A DNA stretch of 64,000 nucleotides from Macrostomum lignano (lineage: Eukaryota): NCBI GenBank assembly GCA_002269645.1, contig NIVC01002634.1, forward strand, positions 1 through 64,000. The letters run 5' to 3'. The notes beneath the pieces were generated by a model. That model made no database searches. It was given only the letters and a program-made list of their open reading frames with translations, and had not been told where the DNA came from. Both the position numbers and the translations under genes were made by a program. Positions 1-11,955 of the stretch are shown in pieces; position 1 is the first letter of the stretch, and each line of letters begins with the position of its first letter.

Positions 1-372
1 AAATGAGGTCAGCTCAGATCCCAAATGAGGTCAGCTCGAATCGCCAAATGAGGTCAGCCTCAGATCCCAAATGAGGTAGCTCAGATCCCATGAGGTCAGC
101 TCAGATCCCAAATGAGGTCAGTCTGCAGCCATCTCAGATGAGGTCAGCTCAGATCCCAAATGTTGTCAGCTCAGATCCGCAAATGAGGTCAGCTCAGATC
201 CCCAAATGAGGTCAGCTCAGATCTCAAATGAGGTCAGCTCAGATCCCAAATGTTGTCAGCTCAGATCCCAAATGATGTCAGCTCAGATCCAATGAGGTCA
301 GCTCAGATCCCAATGAGGTCAGTCAGATCCCAAATGAGGTCAGCTCAGATCCCAAATGAGGTCAGCTCAGAT
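1..372. repeat. ~22-bp minisatellite (AAATGAGGTCAGCTCAGATCCC)n, intronic to SNRNP200
   Basis: About 16 tandem copies with many single-base indels; lies just upstream of the AG acceptor at 427-428. Confidence 0.95.
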
Positions 373-428
373 TCGCATTAAAGTCCTCACTGAATTGTCA
401 ATTATCACACCCCCCCTTTTTTCACTAG

Positions 429-949
429 GTGATTGTCGCAAGCTCGAAAAGAAGAAATCGCATTCGAGCGCTACTTCGACCTGAGCGTGCACGAACTTGC
501 GAACTGATTCGCAAGCCACAATGGGAAAATCGCTGCACAAATGCTTGCATCAGATCCGCGACTGGATTCTGCGAGTTGTCATCGGGCCGATCTCCAGGTC
601 CTCCGCTGGAGCCGAGCTGTGGCATCACCGGACTTCCAGTGGACGCCAACCTGCACGGCGAATCGCAAGCCTTCTGGATCTTTGAGGATGTGGACTCCGA
701 GATCATCTTGCATCACGAGTATTTCATGCTTAAAGAAAGTTTCCGAGGACGAGCACGTGTTGAAGTTCTACGTGCCTGTGTACGAGCCTCTAGCTCCGAT
801 GTACTTTATTCGGGCCGTGTCTGACCGCTGGCTGGGCTCGAGACCGTCCTGCCGTGTCATTCCGGCACATGATCCTGCCGGAGAAGAACCCGCCGCCTAC
901 TGAACTGCTGATTTGCAGCCGCTGCCCGTTAATGCCCTGCGAATCCTCA
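429..949 (+). CDS. SNRNP200: SNRNP200/Brr2 exon (Sec63 unit of N-terminal cassette), several frameshifts as assembled
   Basis: Pieces in different frames match Brr2: [81 protein letters not shown]. Bounded by AG (427-428) and GTGAGT (950). Confidence 0.85.
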
Positions 950-1069
950 GTGAGTGTTGGGGTGTTGGTTTGGCTGCTAAGTGTGCTGCGCTCTGTTGCT
1001 CTAGTCTCATGGTTTAGTACTCTCTGTTCACTCTGGTATCTGCTTTCCTGTATTGGTACTTGACTGCTC

Positions 1070-1530
1070 TCCTGTTCTTCTCTCTCCTCTTATCTCCCCT
1101 TCTCTCTCTCTTCTCTCCTCTCCTCTCATCTCCCCTTCTCTCTCTTCTCTCCTCCCCTTCTCTTCTCTCCTCTCTCTCTCTCCTCTCATCTCCCCTTCTC
1201 CCTCTTCTCTCCTCCTTTTCTCGCTCTCCTCCTCCTCTCATCTCCCCCTTCTCTCTCTTCTCTCTCCCTTCTCTCCTCTCCTCTCTTCTCTCCTCTCATC
1301 TCCCCTTCTCTCTCTTCTTCGTCCCTTCTCTCTCTCTCTCTCTCTCTCCTCTCATCTCCCTTCCTCTCTCCTCTTCTCTTTCCCTTCTCTCCTCTCCTCT
1401 CCTCTCTCCCCTCCATCTCATATCCCCTCTTCCCCTCTCCTCTCCTCTCTCTCATCTCCCCTCCTCTCATATCCTCTCTTCCCTCTCCGATCCTTTTCTC
1501 TCTCTCATCTCCTCTACACTCTTCTGTCTT
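1070..1530. repeat. CT-rich low-complexity/microsatellite tract (intron)
   Basis: Near-pure pyrimidine tract of CTCT/CTCATCTCCCC units. Confidence 0.95.
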
Positions 1531-1778
1531 GACCTTTTTATATCCTTATTTAGCTGTCGCCATTCTGTCATTTTGTGTTATTTCTCTCTAAAGTCTGCTT
1601 CTGCTTTTATGCAACACATTTATGAAGCAGAAGTCGTAATGTATTCCAGTAAACTTTTGTGTCCATTCTACTCTACTATATGCCGGCAGCAGTGCTGTTG
1701 TAGCAGAATACGAGCCTATGTATTTTCTTTTATTTTTCAAGCAAAGCAATTCAAACTAACCCAACTGCCACCGTCAAG

Positions 1779-1971
1779 GTACGAGGCCCTCTACGCTGCA
1801 TCTCGTTCTTCAACGCAATCCAGACCAGGTGTTCAACTCGTTGTATAACTTCGACGAGAACGTGCTGGTTGCGGCCCGCGCCAGCAGCGGCAAGTCTGTC
1901 TGCGCCGAGTTCGCCCTGCTGCACCTGTTCGCCGCTAACCCTAACGGCCGCTGCGTCTACGTGGTTGCTAG
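1779..1971 (+). CDS. SNRNP200: SNRNP200 exon (start of C-terminal cassette RecA1, motif I region)
   Basis: YEALY..SFFNAIQT-QVFNSLYNFDENVLVAARASSGKSVCAEFALLHLFAANPNGRCVYVVA. CTAAC branch point at 1756, AG at 1777-1778, GTAACT donor at 1972. Contains indels. Confidence 0.85.
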
Positions 1972-2024
1972 GTAACTAAATGAGAGTTGCCCTCTACCCT
2001 GTGATGTCCTTCAGAATCCCCCTT

Positions 2025-2830
2025 CAATATCCTTAAAAATCGCCCTTCAATATCCTCAAGAATCGCCCTCTGATATCCTCAATAATCGCCCTCTGATATC
2101 CTCAAGAATCGCCCTCTGATATCCTCAAGAATCGCCCTCTGATATCCTCAAGAATCGTCCTCTGATATCCTCAAGAATCGCCCTCTGATATCCTCAAGAA
2201 TCGCCCTCTGATATCCTCAAGAATCGCCCTCTGATATCCTCAAGAATCGCCCTCTGATATCCTCAAGAATCGCCCTCTGATATCCTCAAGAATCGCCCTC
2301 TGATATCCTCAAGAATCGCCCTCTGATATCCTCAAGAATCGCCCTCTGATATCCTCAAGAATCGCCCTCTGATATCCTCAAGAATCGCCCTCTGATATCC
2401 TCAAGAATCGCCCTCTGATATCCTCAAGAATCGCCCTCTGATATCCTCAAGAATCGCCCTCTGATATCCTCAAGAATCGCCCTCTGATATCCTCAAGAAT
2501 CGCCCTCTGATATCCTCAAGAATCGCCCTCTGATATCCTCAAGAATCGCCCTCTGATATCCTCAATAATCGCCCTCTGATATCCTCACTAATCGCCTCTG
2601 ATATCCTCAATAATCGCCCTCTGATATCCTCACTAATCGCCCTCTGATATCCTCAATAATCGTCCTCTGATATCCTCAAGAATCGCCCTCTGATATCCGC
2701 AAGAATCGTCCTCTGATATCCTCAATAATCGTCCTCTGATATCCTCAAGAATCGCCCTCTGATATCCTCAATAATCGTCCTCTGATATCCTCAAGAATCG
2801 CCCTCTGACGTCCTGAGAATCGCCCTTCAA
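2025..2830. repeat. 23-bp minisatellite (GATATCCTCAAGAATCGCCCTCT)n, intronic
   Basis: About 34 near-perfect tandem copies. Confidence 0.97.
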
Positions 2831-2937
2831 TTTCTAACAAATGCTGTCTATTTAGATAGCACTGTGCTACTTACAGTAGCTGAAAGGGACAGTAATCTAA
2901 AATATAAGCTATAATTCCCCCATTCCACCCCGCGCAG

Positions 2938-3892
2938 GCAAGAGCTGGCCGAACTGGCGCACGCTAATTTGGCGGCAAAATTTGGCGAACGCCTGGGAAA
3001 AAATGTAGTCCGACTGACCGGCGAAACTGCACAGATTTGAAGCTGCTAGCCAAAGGCCACGTTGTGATCAGCACGCCTGAGCACTGGGACATCCTGTCGC
3101 GGCGTTGGAAACAGCGCAAGAATGTACAATCTGTTCAACTATTTATTGTTGACGGATTGCAGCTCATTCGCAGCGAAGTCGGCCCCGTACTGGAGGTGAT
3201 CTGCTCCCGCATGCGCTACATCAGCAGCCAGATCGAGCACAGCATCCGCATAGTGGCCCTGTCGCATTCGCTAAGCAACGCCAAAGACGCGGCTAGCTGG
3301 CTCGGCGTCAACGCCGGCAACACCTTCAATTTCCATCCGAGCGTGCAGCCGCTTCAGCTGGCTATTCAAGGCTTCAACGTGACTCACAATGCCACCCGCC
3401 TGCTGGCCATGCTCCGGCCGCTGTACACCACCGTCATCCGGTCCAAGCAGTCCGCCATCGTGTTCGTGCCGTCCCGCCGCCTCGCCCAGTCCGTAGCCGT
3501 CGATCTGTTCACCCACGCGCACTCGGAGAGCGCCAGCAGCGATCAGGTCGACGCTTTTGTGCCGAAGCCCGGCTCCGCTGCCGCCGCGGCCGCCGCCGAC
3601 GCCGCCAAGCGTCTGGCCGACTCAGAGCCGGCTCTGTCCGTCTGCGTCCCCAACGGCGTCGCCTTCCTGCACGAGGGCCTCTCGCCGTCGGATCGGCGCA
3701 TTGTCGAACGTCTGTTTCGCGACGGCGCCGCCAGGGTGCTGGTTGTGGCCAAGTCGCTGGCTTGGAGCATCGGAGTCCGCGCGAGGCTGGTGATCCTCAT
3801 GGACACGCAGAGCTATAATGGCAAGACGCACTCGTACGAGGACTATCCGGTGACGGATGTTATCCAGATGGTGTCCAGGGCCAACCATCCTA
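2938..3892 (+). CDS. SNRNP200: SNRNP200 exon (C-terminal helicase cassette RecA1/RecA2)
   Basis: TPEHWDILSRRWKQRKNVQ, GPVLEVICSRMRYISSQIE, MDTQSYNGKTH match Brr2. AG at 2936-2937, GTGAGT at 3893. One 1-nt deletion near 3030. Confidence 0.93.
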
Positions 3893-3934
3893 GTGAGTGT
3901 CCTTTGTACTTTAGGGATCATATGCAACAGCTTT

Positions 3935-6010
3935 GAATGTGTCAGGTGTAGCTTTCAGTGTGTCAGATGCAGCTTTCAGTGTGTCAAAGTTGTTGCTTGT
4001 AGAGTGTCAGGGTGGTGTGGCTTTCAGTGTGTCAGTTGTAGCTTTCGGTGTGTCAGGTGTAGCTTTCAGTGTGTCGGGTGTAGCTTTCGGTGTGTCAGGT
4101 GTAGCTTTCAGTGTGTCAGGTGTAGCTTTCAGTGTGTCAGATGCAGCTTTCAGTGTGTCAAAGTTGTTGCTTTTAATGTGTCAGGGTGGTGTGGCTTTCA
4201 GTGTGTCAGTTGTAGCTTTCAGTGTGTCAGGTGTAGCTTTCAGTGTGTCGGGTGTAGCTTTCGGTGTGTCAGGTGTAGCTTTCAGTGTGTCAGGTGTAGC
4301 TTTCAGTGTGTCAAAGTTGTTGCTTTTAGTGTGTCAGGGTGGTGTGGCTTTCAGTGTGTCAGTTGTAGCTTTCAGTGTGTCAGGTGTAGCTTTCAGTGTG
4401 TCAGGTGTAGCTTTCGGTGTGTCAGTTGTAGCTTTCAGTGTGTCAGGTGTAGCTTTCAGTGTGTCAAAGTTGTTGCTTTTAATGTGTCAGGGTGGTGTGG
4501 CTTTCAGTGTGTCAGTTGTAGCTTTCAGTGTGTCAGGTGTAGCTTTCAGTGTGTCAGGTGTAGCTTTCGGTGTGTCAGGTGTAGCTTTCAGTGTGTCAGG
4601 TGTAGCTTTCGGTGTGTCAGGTGTAGCTTTCAGTGTGTCAGGTGTAGCTTTCAGTGTGTCAGGTGCAGCTTTTAGTGTGTCAGTTGTAGCTTTCAGTGTG
4701 TCAGGTGTAGCTTTCGGTGTGTCAGGTGTAGCTCTCACTGTGTCAGGTGTAGCTTTCTGTGTGTCAGTTGTAGCTTTCTGTGTGTCAGGTGCAGCTTTTA
4801 GTGTGTCAGTTGTAGCTTTCAGTGTGTCAGGTGTAGCTTTCAGTGTGTCAGGTGTAGCTTTCGGTGTGTCAGGTGTAGCTTTCAGTGTGTCAGGTGTAGC
4901 TTTCAGTGTGTCAGGTGCAGCTTTTAGTGTGTCAGTTGTAGCTTTCAGTGTGTCAGGTGTAGCTTTCGGTGTGTCAGGTGTAGCTCTCACTGTGTCAGGT
5001 GTAGCTTTCTGTGTGTCAGTTGTAGCTTTCTGTGTGTCAGGTGTAGCTTTCAGTGTGTCAGTTGTAGCTTTAGTGTGTCAGGTGTAGCTTTCAGTGTGTC
5101 AGATGTAGCTTTCGGTGTGTCAGGTGTAGCTTTCAGTGTGTCAGGTGTAGCTTTCGGTGTGTCAGGTGTAGCTTTCAGTGTGTCAGGTGTAGCTTTCAGT
5201 GTGTCAGGTGCAGCTTTTAGTGTGTCAGTTGTAGCTTTCAGTGTGTCAGGTGTAGCTTTCGGTGTGTCAGGTGTAGCTCTCACTGTGTCAGGTGTAGCTT
5301 TCTGTGTGTCAGTTGTAGCTTTCTGTGTGTCAGGTGTAGCTTTCAGTGTGTCAGTTGTAGCTTTAGTGTGTCAGGTGTAGCTTTCAGTGTGTCAGGTGTA
5401 GCTTTCAGTGTGTCAGGTGTAGCTTTCAGTGTGTCAGGTGTAGCTTTCAGTGTGTCAGGTGCAGCTTTTAGTGTGTCAGTTGTAGCTTTCAGTGTGTCAG
5501 GTGTAGCTTTCGGTGTGTCAGGTGTAGCTCTCACTGTGTCAGGTGTAGCTTTCTGTGTGTCAGTTGTAGCTTTCTGTGTGTCAGGTGTAGCTTTCAGTGT
5601 GTCAGTTGTAGCTTTAGTGTGTCAGGTGTAGCTTTCAGTGTGTCAGATGCAGCTTTCAGTGTGTCACTTGCAGCTTTCTGTGTGTCAGGTGTAGCTTTCT
5701 GTGTGTCAGGTGCAGCTTTCTGTGTGTCAGGTGCAGCTTTCAGTGTGTCAGGTGTAGCTTTCAGTGTGTCAGATGCAGCTTTCAGTGTGTCAGGTGCAGC
5801 TTTCTGTGTGTCAGGTGTAGCTTTCTGTGTGTCAGGTGCAGCTTTCTGTGTGTCAGGTGTAGCTTTCAGTGTGTCAGGTGTAGCTTTCAGTGTGTCAGGT
5901 GTAGCTTTCAGTGTGTCAGTTGTAGCTTTCAGTGTGTCAGTTGTAGCTTTCAGTGTGTCAGGTGTAGCTCTCACTGTGTCAGGTGTAGCTCTCAGTGTGT
6001 CAGGTGTAGC
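3935..6010. repeat. 21-bp minisatellite (GTGTGTCAGGTGTAGCTTTCA)n with higher-order variants, intronic
   Basis: About 2 kb tandem array; it generates the spurious VSGVAFS ORFs. Confidence 0.97.
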
Positions 6011-6142
6011 GTCGGTGTTAGACTAATTTATTTTAATGTCAGACCGGAGTGTCATGAAGTCAAGTTGTCAATATCTGGCGTGTACCATACAGTATCATAG
6101 AGTTCAATAGTTACAAGTGCTTCTATGATTGACCCTAACCAG

Positions 6143-6381
6143 ACAAAGACGCCATCGGCAAGGCCTTCGTATTCTGCCAGTCCAGCAAGCGAGAGTTCTT
6201 CAAGAAGTTTCTATTCGATCCGCTGCCAGTAGAGTCGCACCTGGATCACTGCCTGCACGACCATTTCAATGCCGAGATTGTAACTAAAACTGTTGAGAAC
6301 AAGCAGGACGCTGTAGACTATCTAACCTGGACCTTCTTGTACCGCAGGATGACTCAGAATCCAAATTACTACAATCTGCAG
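6143..6381 (+). CDS. SNRNP200: SNRNP200 exon (winged-helix region)
   Basis: [79 protein letters not shown]. Phases match both neighbours. Not in the ORF track. Confidence 0.95.
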
Positions 6382-6414
6382 GTTAGCTTTGTAATGACAA
6401 AAGTTTACAAGCTT

Positions 6415-7040
6415 ACGATCGATAAACAGTTTCCTAAATCGATAATCAGTTTCTTCAATCGATAATCAGTTTCCCCCAATCAATAATCAGTTTCCCCAAT
6501 CGATAAACAGTTTCCTAAATCGATAATCAGTTTCTTCAATCGATAATCAGTTTCCCCTATCGATAAACAGTTTCCTCAATCGATAATCAGTTTCCCCAAT
6601 CGATAAACAGTTTCCTAAATCGACAATCAGTTTCTTCAATCGATAATCAGTTTCCCCTATCGATAAACAGTTTCCTCAATCGATAATCAGTTTCCCCAAT
6701 CGATAATCAGTTTCCCCCAATCAATAATCAGTTTCCCCAATCGATAATCAGTTTCTCCAATCGATAATCAGTTTCCCCAATCGATAATCAGTTTCCCCCA
6801 ATCAATAATCAGTTTCCCCAATCGATAATCAGTTTCCCCTATCGATAAACAATTTCCTCAATCGATAATCAGTTTCCCCTATCGATAAACAGTTTCCTCA
6901 ATCGATAATCAGTTTCCCCAATCGATAATCAGTTTCCCCAATCGATAATCTGTTTCCCCAATCGATAATCAGTTTCCCCCAATCAATAATCAGTTTCCCC
7001 AATCGATAATCAGTTTCCCCAATCGATAATCAGTTTCCTT
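6415..7040. repeat. 20-bp minisatellite (AATCGATAATCAGTTTCCCC)n, intronic
   Basis: About 31 tandem copies. Confidence 0.97.
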
Positions 7041-7069
7041 CAAAATGATCTCCCCAAACAAAATCCCAG

Positions 7070-7671
7070 GGCGTGACCCACCGGCACCTGAGCGAGAAAC
7101 TCTCCGACCTAGTCGAACAGACCCTGGATGACTTGGAGAATTCGAAATGCATCAAAATCGTTGAGGACATGGACCTCACGCCGCTCAACCTGGGCATGAT
7201 CGCCGCTTACTACTACATTCACTACACTACTATCGAGCTGTTCAGCGGTTTCCTAACTCCGAAAACTAAAATACGCAGCCTAATTGAGATTGTCAGTTCG
7301 GCCGCGGAATTCGAAGACCTGCCAATCAGGCACCACGAAGAGGACACACTGCGCAAAATTGTACCCCGACTGCCGCACAAGATGCAGAGCGCCAAGTACA
7401 ACGATCCTCACGTGAAAGCCCAGATACTGCTGCAGGCTCACATGTGCCGGCTGGCCCTGCCTGCCGAACTGCAAACCGACACAGCCGACGTACTGTTGAA
7501 AGCTATGCGACTCATTCAAGCCGCTGTTGATGTTGTCAGCTCCAGCGGCTGGCTTGCCCCGGCTCTGGCCGCTATGGAACTGTCACAGATGGCTGTTCAA
7601 GCCGTCTGGAGCAAGGATAGCATACTGAAACAGCTGCCGCACTTTGACCAGGCTCTTATTGACAAGTGCAA
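7070..7671 (+). CDS. SNRNP200: SNRNP200 exon (ratchet/Sec63)
   Basis: [19 protein letters not shown]...[21 protein letters not shown]...[17 protein letters not shown] at 7068-7069, GTAAGT at 7672. Confidence 0.96.
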
Positions 7672-7739
7672 GTAAGTGCATTTGTCTAGCTCTTATCATC
7701 TCAAACAGGGCATGCTTCTTTAAGTCAACCACAGATTTA

Positions 7740-8700
7740 CGTCCCAGGGATTCCCCTAGCTTTCCGCCCTTTCCCCTAGATCTCCGTCCCTGAGATTCCC
7801 CTAGATCTCCCCCCAGGGATTTCCCTAGCTTTCCGCCCTTTCCCCTAGATCTCCGTCCCAGGGATTCCCCTAGCTTTCCGCCCTTTCCCCTAGATCTCCG
7901 TCCCAGGGATTCCCCTAGCTTTCCGCCCTTTCCCCTAGATCTCCGTCCCAGGGATTCCCCTAGCTTTCCGCCCTTTCCCCTAGATCTCCGCCCCAGAGAT
8001 TCCCCTGGCTTTCCGCCCTTTCCCCTAGATCTCCGTCCCAGGGATTCCCCTAGCTTTCCGCCCTTTCCCCTAGATCTCCGTCCCAGGGATTCCCCTAGCT
8101 TTCCGCCCTTTCCCCTAGATCTCCGTCCCAGGGATTCCCCTAGCTTTCCGCCCTTTCCCCTAGATCTCCGTCCCAGGGATTCCCCTAGCTTTCCGCCCTT
8201 TCCCCTAGATCTCCGTCCCAGGGATTCCCCTAGCTTTCCGCCCTTTCCCCTAGATCTCCGTCCCAGGGATTCCCCTAGCTTTCCGCCCTTTCCCCTAGAT
8301 CTCCGTCCCAGGGATTCCCCTAGCTTTCCGCCCTTTCCCCTAGATCTCCGTCCCAGGGATTCCCCTAGCTTTCCGCCCTTTCCCCTAGATCTCCGTCCCA
8401 GGGATTCCCCTAGCTTTCCGCCCTTTCCCCTAGATCTCCGTCCCAGGGATTCCCCTAGCTTTCCGCCCTTTCCTCTAGATCCCCGCCCCAGAGAGATTCC
8501 TCTAGATCCCCGCCCCAGAGAGATTCCTCTAGATCCCCGCCCCAGAGAGATTCCTCTAGATCCCCGCCCCACAGAGATTCCTCTAGATCCCCGCCCCACA
8601 GAGATTCCTCTAGATCCCCGCCCCACAGAGATTCCTCTAGATCTCCGCCACAGGGATTCCCCTAGATCTCCGCCCCATAGATTCCCCTAGAGTTCCATCC
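7740..8700. repeat. 45-bp minisatellite changing to a related 27-bp unit, intronic
   Basis: (CCCTAGCTTTCCGCCCTTTCCCCTAGATCTCCGTCCCAGGGATTC)n, then (CTAGATCCCCGCCCCAGAGAGATTCCT)n. Confidence 0.95.
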
Positions 8701-8883
8701 GGGAATTCCCGTTCCAGGGATTCCCGAGGATTTCTTCTTAAAAAAATACCTCCCCTGGCTTAACTGGGATTTCCACCAAAAATTCTGAGTCTCTAGTATT
8801 TTTTTCCTGGGATCCCCACCCTCGGGAGGCATCTACTGGCATCTCACTAACCCTTTCGCGGCCTTCTTCATCCCTTCACCCAG

Positions 8884-9460
8884 GGGGCTCAAAGTGGAGT
8901 CTGTATTCGACCTGATGGAGATGGAGGACGCCGACCGGCTGGAGCTGCTGTCGGACCTCACCAAAGAGCAGCTGGCTGACGTGGCTCGCTACTGCAATCG
9001 CTACCCGAACATTGAGCTCGCCTACGAGCTGGTGGACTCCGACCGCGTTGAGCCCGGCGGCTCGGTTCAACTGGCCGTCAGTTTGGAACGCGAAGACGAA
9101 ATCGTTGGGCCAGTAGCGGCTCCGTATTTCCCGCAGAAACGCGAAGAAGGCTGGTGGCTAGTGGTGTGCGACCCGGCCGCTAACGCGCTCATTAGCATCA
9201 AGCGGACCAGTTTGCAGCAGAAAGCCAAAGTGAAATTAGAGTTCGCCGCCCCGGCGGATCCCGGCGACTACAAGTACACTCTGTACTTTATGAGCGACTC
9301 TTATCTAGGCTGCGATCAGGTCTACCAGTTCGAAGTGGCCGTCGGAGCTTCCGGTGGCGGCGGTGGCATGTCGCCGCAGTCCGGGTCCCGGTCTCCGTCC
9401 CCGGCGCCTCCCACCAAGCGATCAAAGCGAGGCGGCGGCGGCAGCGAGGCAGCTTCTTGA
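8884..9460 (+). CDS. SNRNP200: SNRNP200 terminal exon (Sec63 Ig-like domain plus C-terminal tail)
   Basis: [47 protein letters not shown] at 9458-9460, AATAAA at 9500-9505. Confidence 0.96.
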
Positions 9461-9576
9461 CTTTTCCGTTATTGACTGCACGCAAACTAACAACTGTTAA
9501 ATAAATTTATGAAAATATACACAAAATCATGTTTTACTACTTACATTCAGTAGAAAGTAAAGAAAGTAGTACGAGT

Positions 9577-9840
9577 AAATAAATAATAATAACTGATTAC
9601 ACCTGCCCTAATGGGCAGATGTGCAACCGCCAGTTCAGCCGCTGCGTACGGCTGTTCAGTCCAAGGACTGGGGGGTCGCCACACACAGCCTCAATTACCC
9701 CAGCTAATGCTGGCACCCATTTTACAGCTGGGTTGAACTGAAGCAATGCAGAGTTACGCGTCTTGCTCAAGGACACAAATTGTTCCGAGTGGGATCGGGA
9801 ATCGAACTCTCGGCCTTTAAGTCGGGCAACTTAACTGCAT
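9577..9840 (-). mobile_element. tRNA-derived SINE with CORE-like central domain
   Basis: B box (revcomp of GGAATCGAACTC, 9798-9809). CCCATTTTACAG..AACTGA..TTGCTCAAGGACACA resembles the MIR CORE domain from memory. Short TAA-rich tail. Confidence 0.65.
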
Positions 9841-10759
9841 CAATAATTAGACAGATAATTAGACTATGAACTATAATACTACTGAATTGAAAGTAGTCTA
9901 TAATGCACTTACTAAATGGCCGAGGTCAAAAACTCATTTGACCTATATCCTCTAATTAATAACATCAATCATCTCTCACCTCTTCATTACTAAATAGCGG
10001 TCGAATGACTTATCAAACTAAGCACCAATTAAGTTTCATATTTTTTATAATTTGTCTTGGCCTCAAACTAATAATCCGGTTTGTTCTCTCCGAGATGCAC
10101 TGTTGAATGCATTTGGTGTTCTTTAACAGTGAATTGTCTATAATGCATATGGTTGAAAAAGTTTAAGGGCCGGGAGTTAAACGAATTTTTTTAGCTCAAT
10201 TATTCAATTCAATTACGTGTTTTTATTACTTATTGTACTTTAATCTATTCTGTGTGCACGGCTTGCGTGCCGTGCTTGACAAAGTAATAAACCCGCTCGA
10301 TCGGCTCTGTGTAAGCTTTGTAAGCTTTAAAAAATATAACCTTAATTTCTTTATTGACCCGTATGCGTTATTTAATACGGAAAAACTGCTATTTACTTAA
10401 GTAGTCCTTGGTATCTAAAAACAATTTGGCTTGGAATTAAGAAATCAGAGCTCAGACTGAATTTTATCATAGTCAAGTTGTTTTCTATCAGTTTGAAATT
10501 CACGATTATTAAGTGGAATAATTTAATTCAAGTAATTTAGTCATACTAATTAAACTATCACAGAGCGTCTGCTGCAATTGGGAAATTTCTATAGCATTCT
10601 GGCCAGTTCTAAAGTACAGGTAGGATCATAACATTTTTAGGGTGAAAAAATCCGCGCAGATGTCGCCCATAATCGTAACGGCAAGCTGTGCGTTCTTGAC
10701 TAATGATGTGAAGAAATGTTAGGGCCTGCTCTCTGTGAAATCTGTCAGTTTCCCTCCTT

Positions 10760-10760
10760 G

Positions 10761-10799
<39 letters not shown>

Positions 10800-11142
10800 T
10801 AGTGTTTGTTTGTCTGTCTGTCTGTCTGTCTGTCTTAGTGTTTGTTTGTCTGTCTGTCTTAGTCTTTGTTTCTCTGTCTGTCTGTCTTAGTGTTTGTTTG
10901 TCTGTCTGTCTTAGTGTTTGTTTGTCTGTCTGTCTTAGTGTTTGTTTGTCTGTCTGCCTGTCTGTCTTAGTTTCTGTCTGTCTGTCTGTCTGTCTGCCTG
11001 TCTGTCTGTCTTAGTTTCTGTCTGTCTGTCTGTCTGCCTGTCTGTCTATCTGTCTCTTTCTGTCTGTCTTAGTCTCTATCTGTCTGTCTGTCTGTCTGTC
11101 TATCTGTCTCTTTCTGTCTGTCTGTCTGTCTGTCTTAGTGTT

Positions 11143-11175
<33 letters not shown>

Positions 11176-11284
11176 TAGTGTTTGTTTGTCTGTCTGTCTT
11201 AGTGTTTGTTTGTCTGTCTGTCTTAGTGTTTGTTTGTCTGTCTGTCTTAGTGTTTCTTTGTCTCTGTCTGTCTGTCCTAGTGTT

Positions 11285-11341
<57 letters not shown>

Positions 11342-11426
11342 TAGTGTTTGTTTGTCTGTCTGTCTTAGTGTTTCTTTGTCTCTGTCTGTCTGTCCTAGTG
11401 TTTGTTTGTCTGTCTGTCTTAGTGTT

Positions 11427-11463
<37 letters not shown>

Positions 11464-11618
11464 GCCTGTCTGTCTATCTGTCTCTTTCTGTCTGTCTTAG
11501 TCTCTATCTGTCTGTCTGTCTGTCTGTCTATCTGTCTCTTTCTGTCTGTCTTAGTCTCTTTCTGTCTGTCTGTCTGTCTGCCTGTCTGTCTGTCTGTCTG
11601 CCTGCCTGTCTGTCTTAG

Positions 11619-11659
<41 letters not shown>

Positions 11660-11748
11660 GTCTCTTTCTGTCTGTCTTAGTCTCTTTCTGTCTGTCTGTC
11701 TGTCTGTCTGCCTGTCTGTCTGTCTGTCTGCCTGCCTGTCTGTCTTAG

Positions 11749-11793
<45 letters not shown>

Positions 11794-11820
11794 GTCTCTT
11801 TCTGTCTGTCTTAGTCTCTT

Positions 11821-11863
<43 letters not shown>

Positions 11864-11898
11864 GCCTGCCTGTTTGTCTGCCTGCCTGTCTGTCTTAG

Positions 11899-11933
<35 letters not shown>

Positions 11934-11955
11934 TTCTGTCTGTCTGTCTGTTTCA
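10760..11955. repeat. (TCTG)n microsatellite with interspersed TCTTAGTGTTTGTT units
   Basis: Directly visible 1.2-kb compound microsatellite. Confidence 0.97.

Noticed and set aside
71-80. TGAGGTAG (let-7 seed-like)
   Set aside because: A one-base deletion variant of the 22-bp repeat, with no hairpin, far from Lin28.
3857-6026. Long ORFs (VSGVAFS, ATPDTLK repeats)
   Set aside because: Translations of a 21-bp intronic minisatellite; the flanking SNRNP200 exons splice in phase across it.
1975-8700. Regular short repeats resembling CRISPR arrays
   Set aside because: Head-to-tail units with no unique spacers, no cas genes, eukaryotic introns.
10255-10285. Helitron 3' hairpin (CACGGC...GCCGTG)
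   Set aside because: No downstream CTRR terminus and no matching 5' TC end identified.
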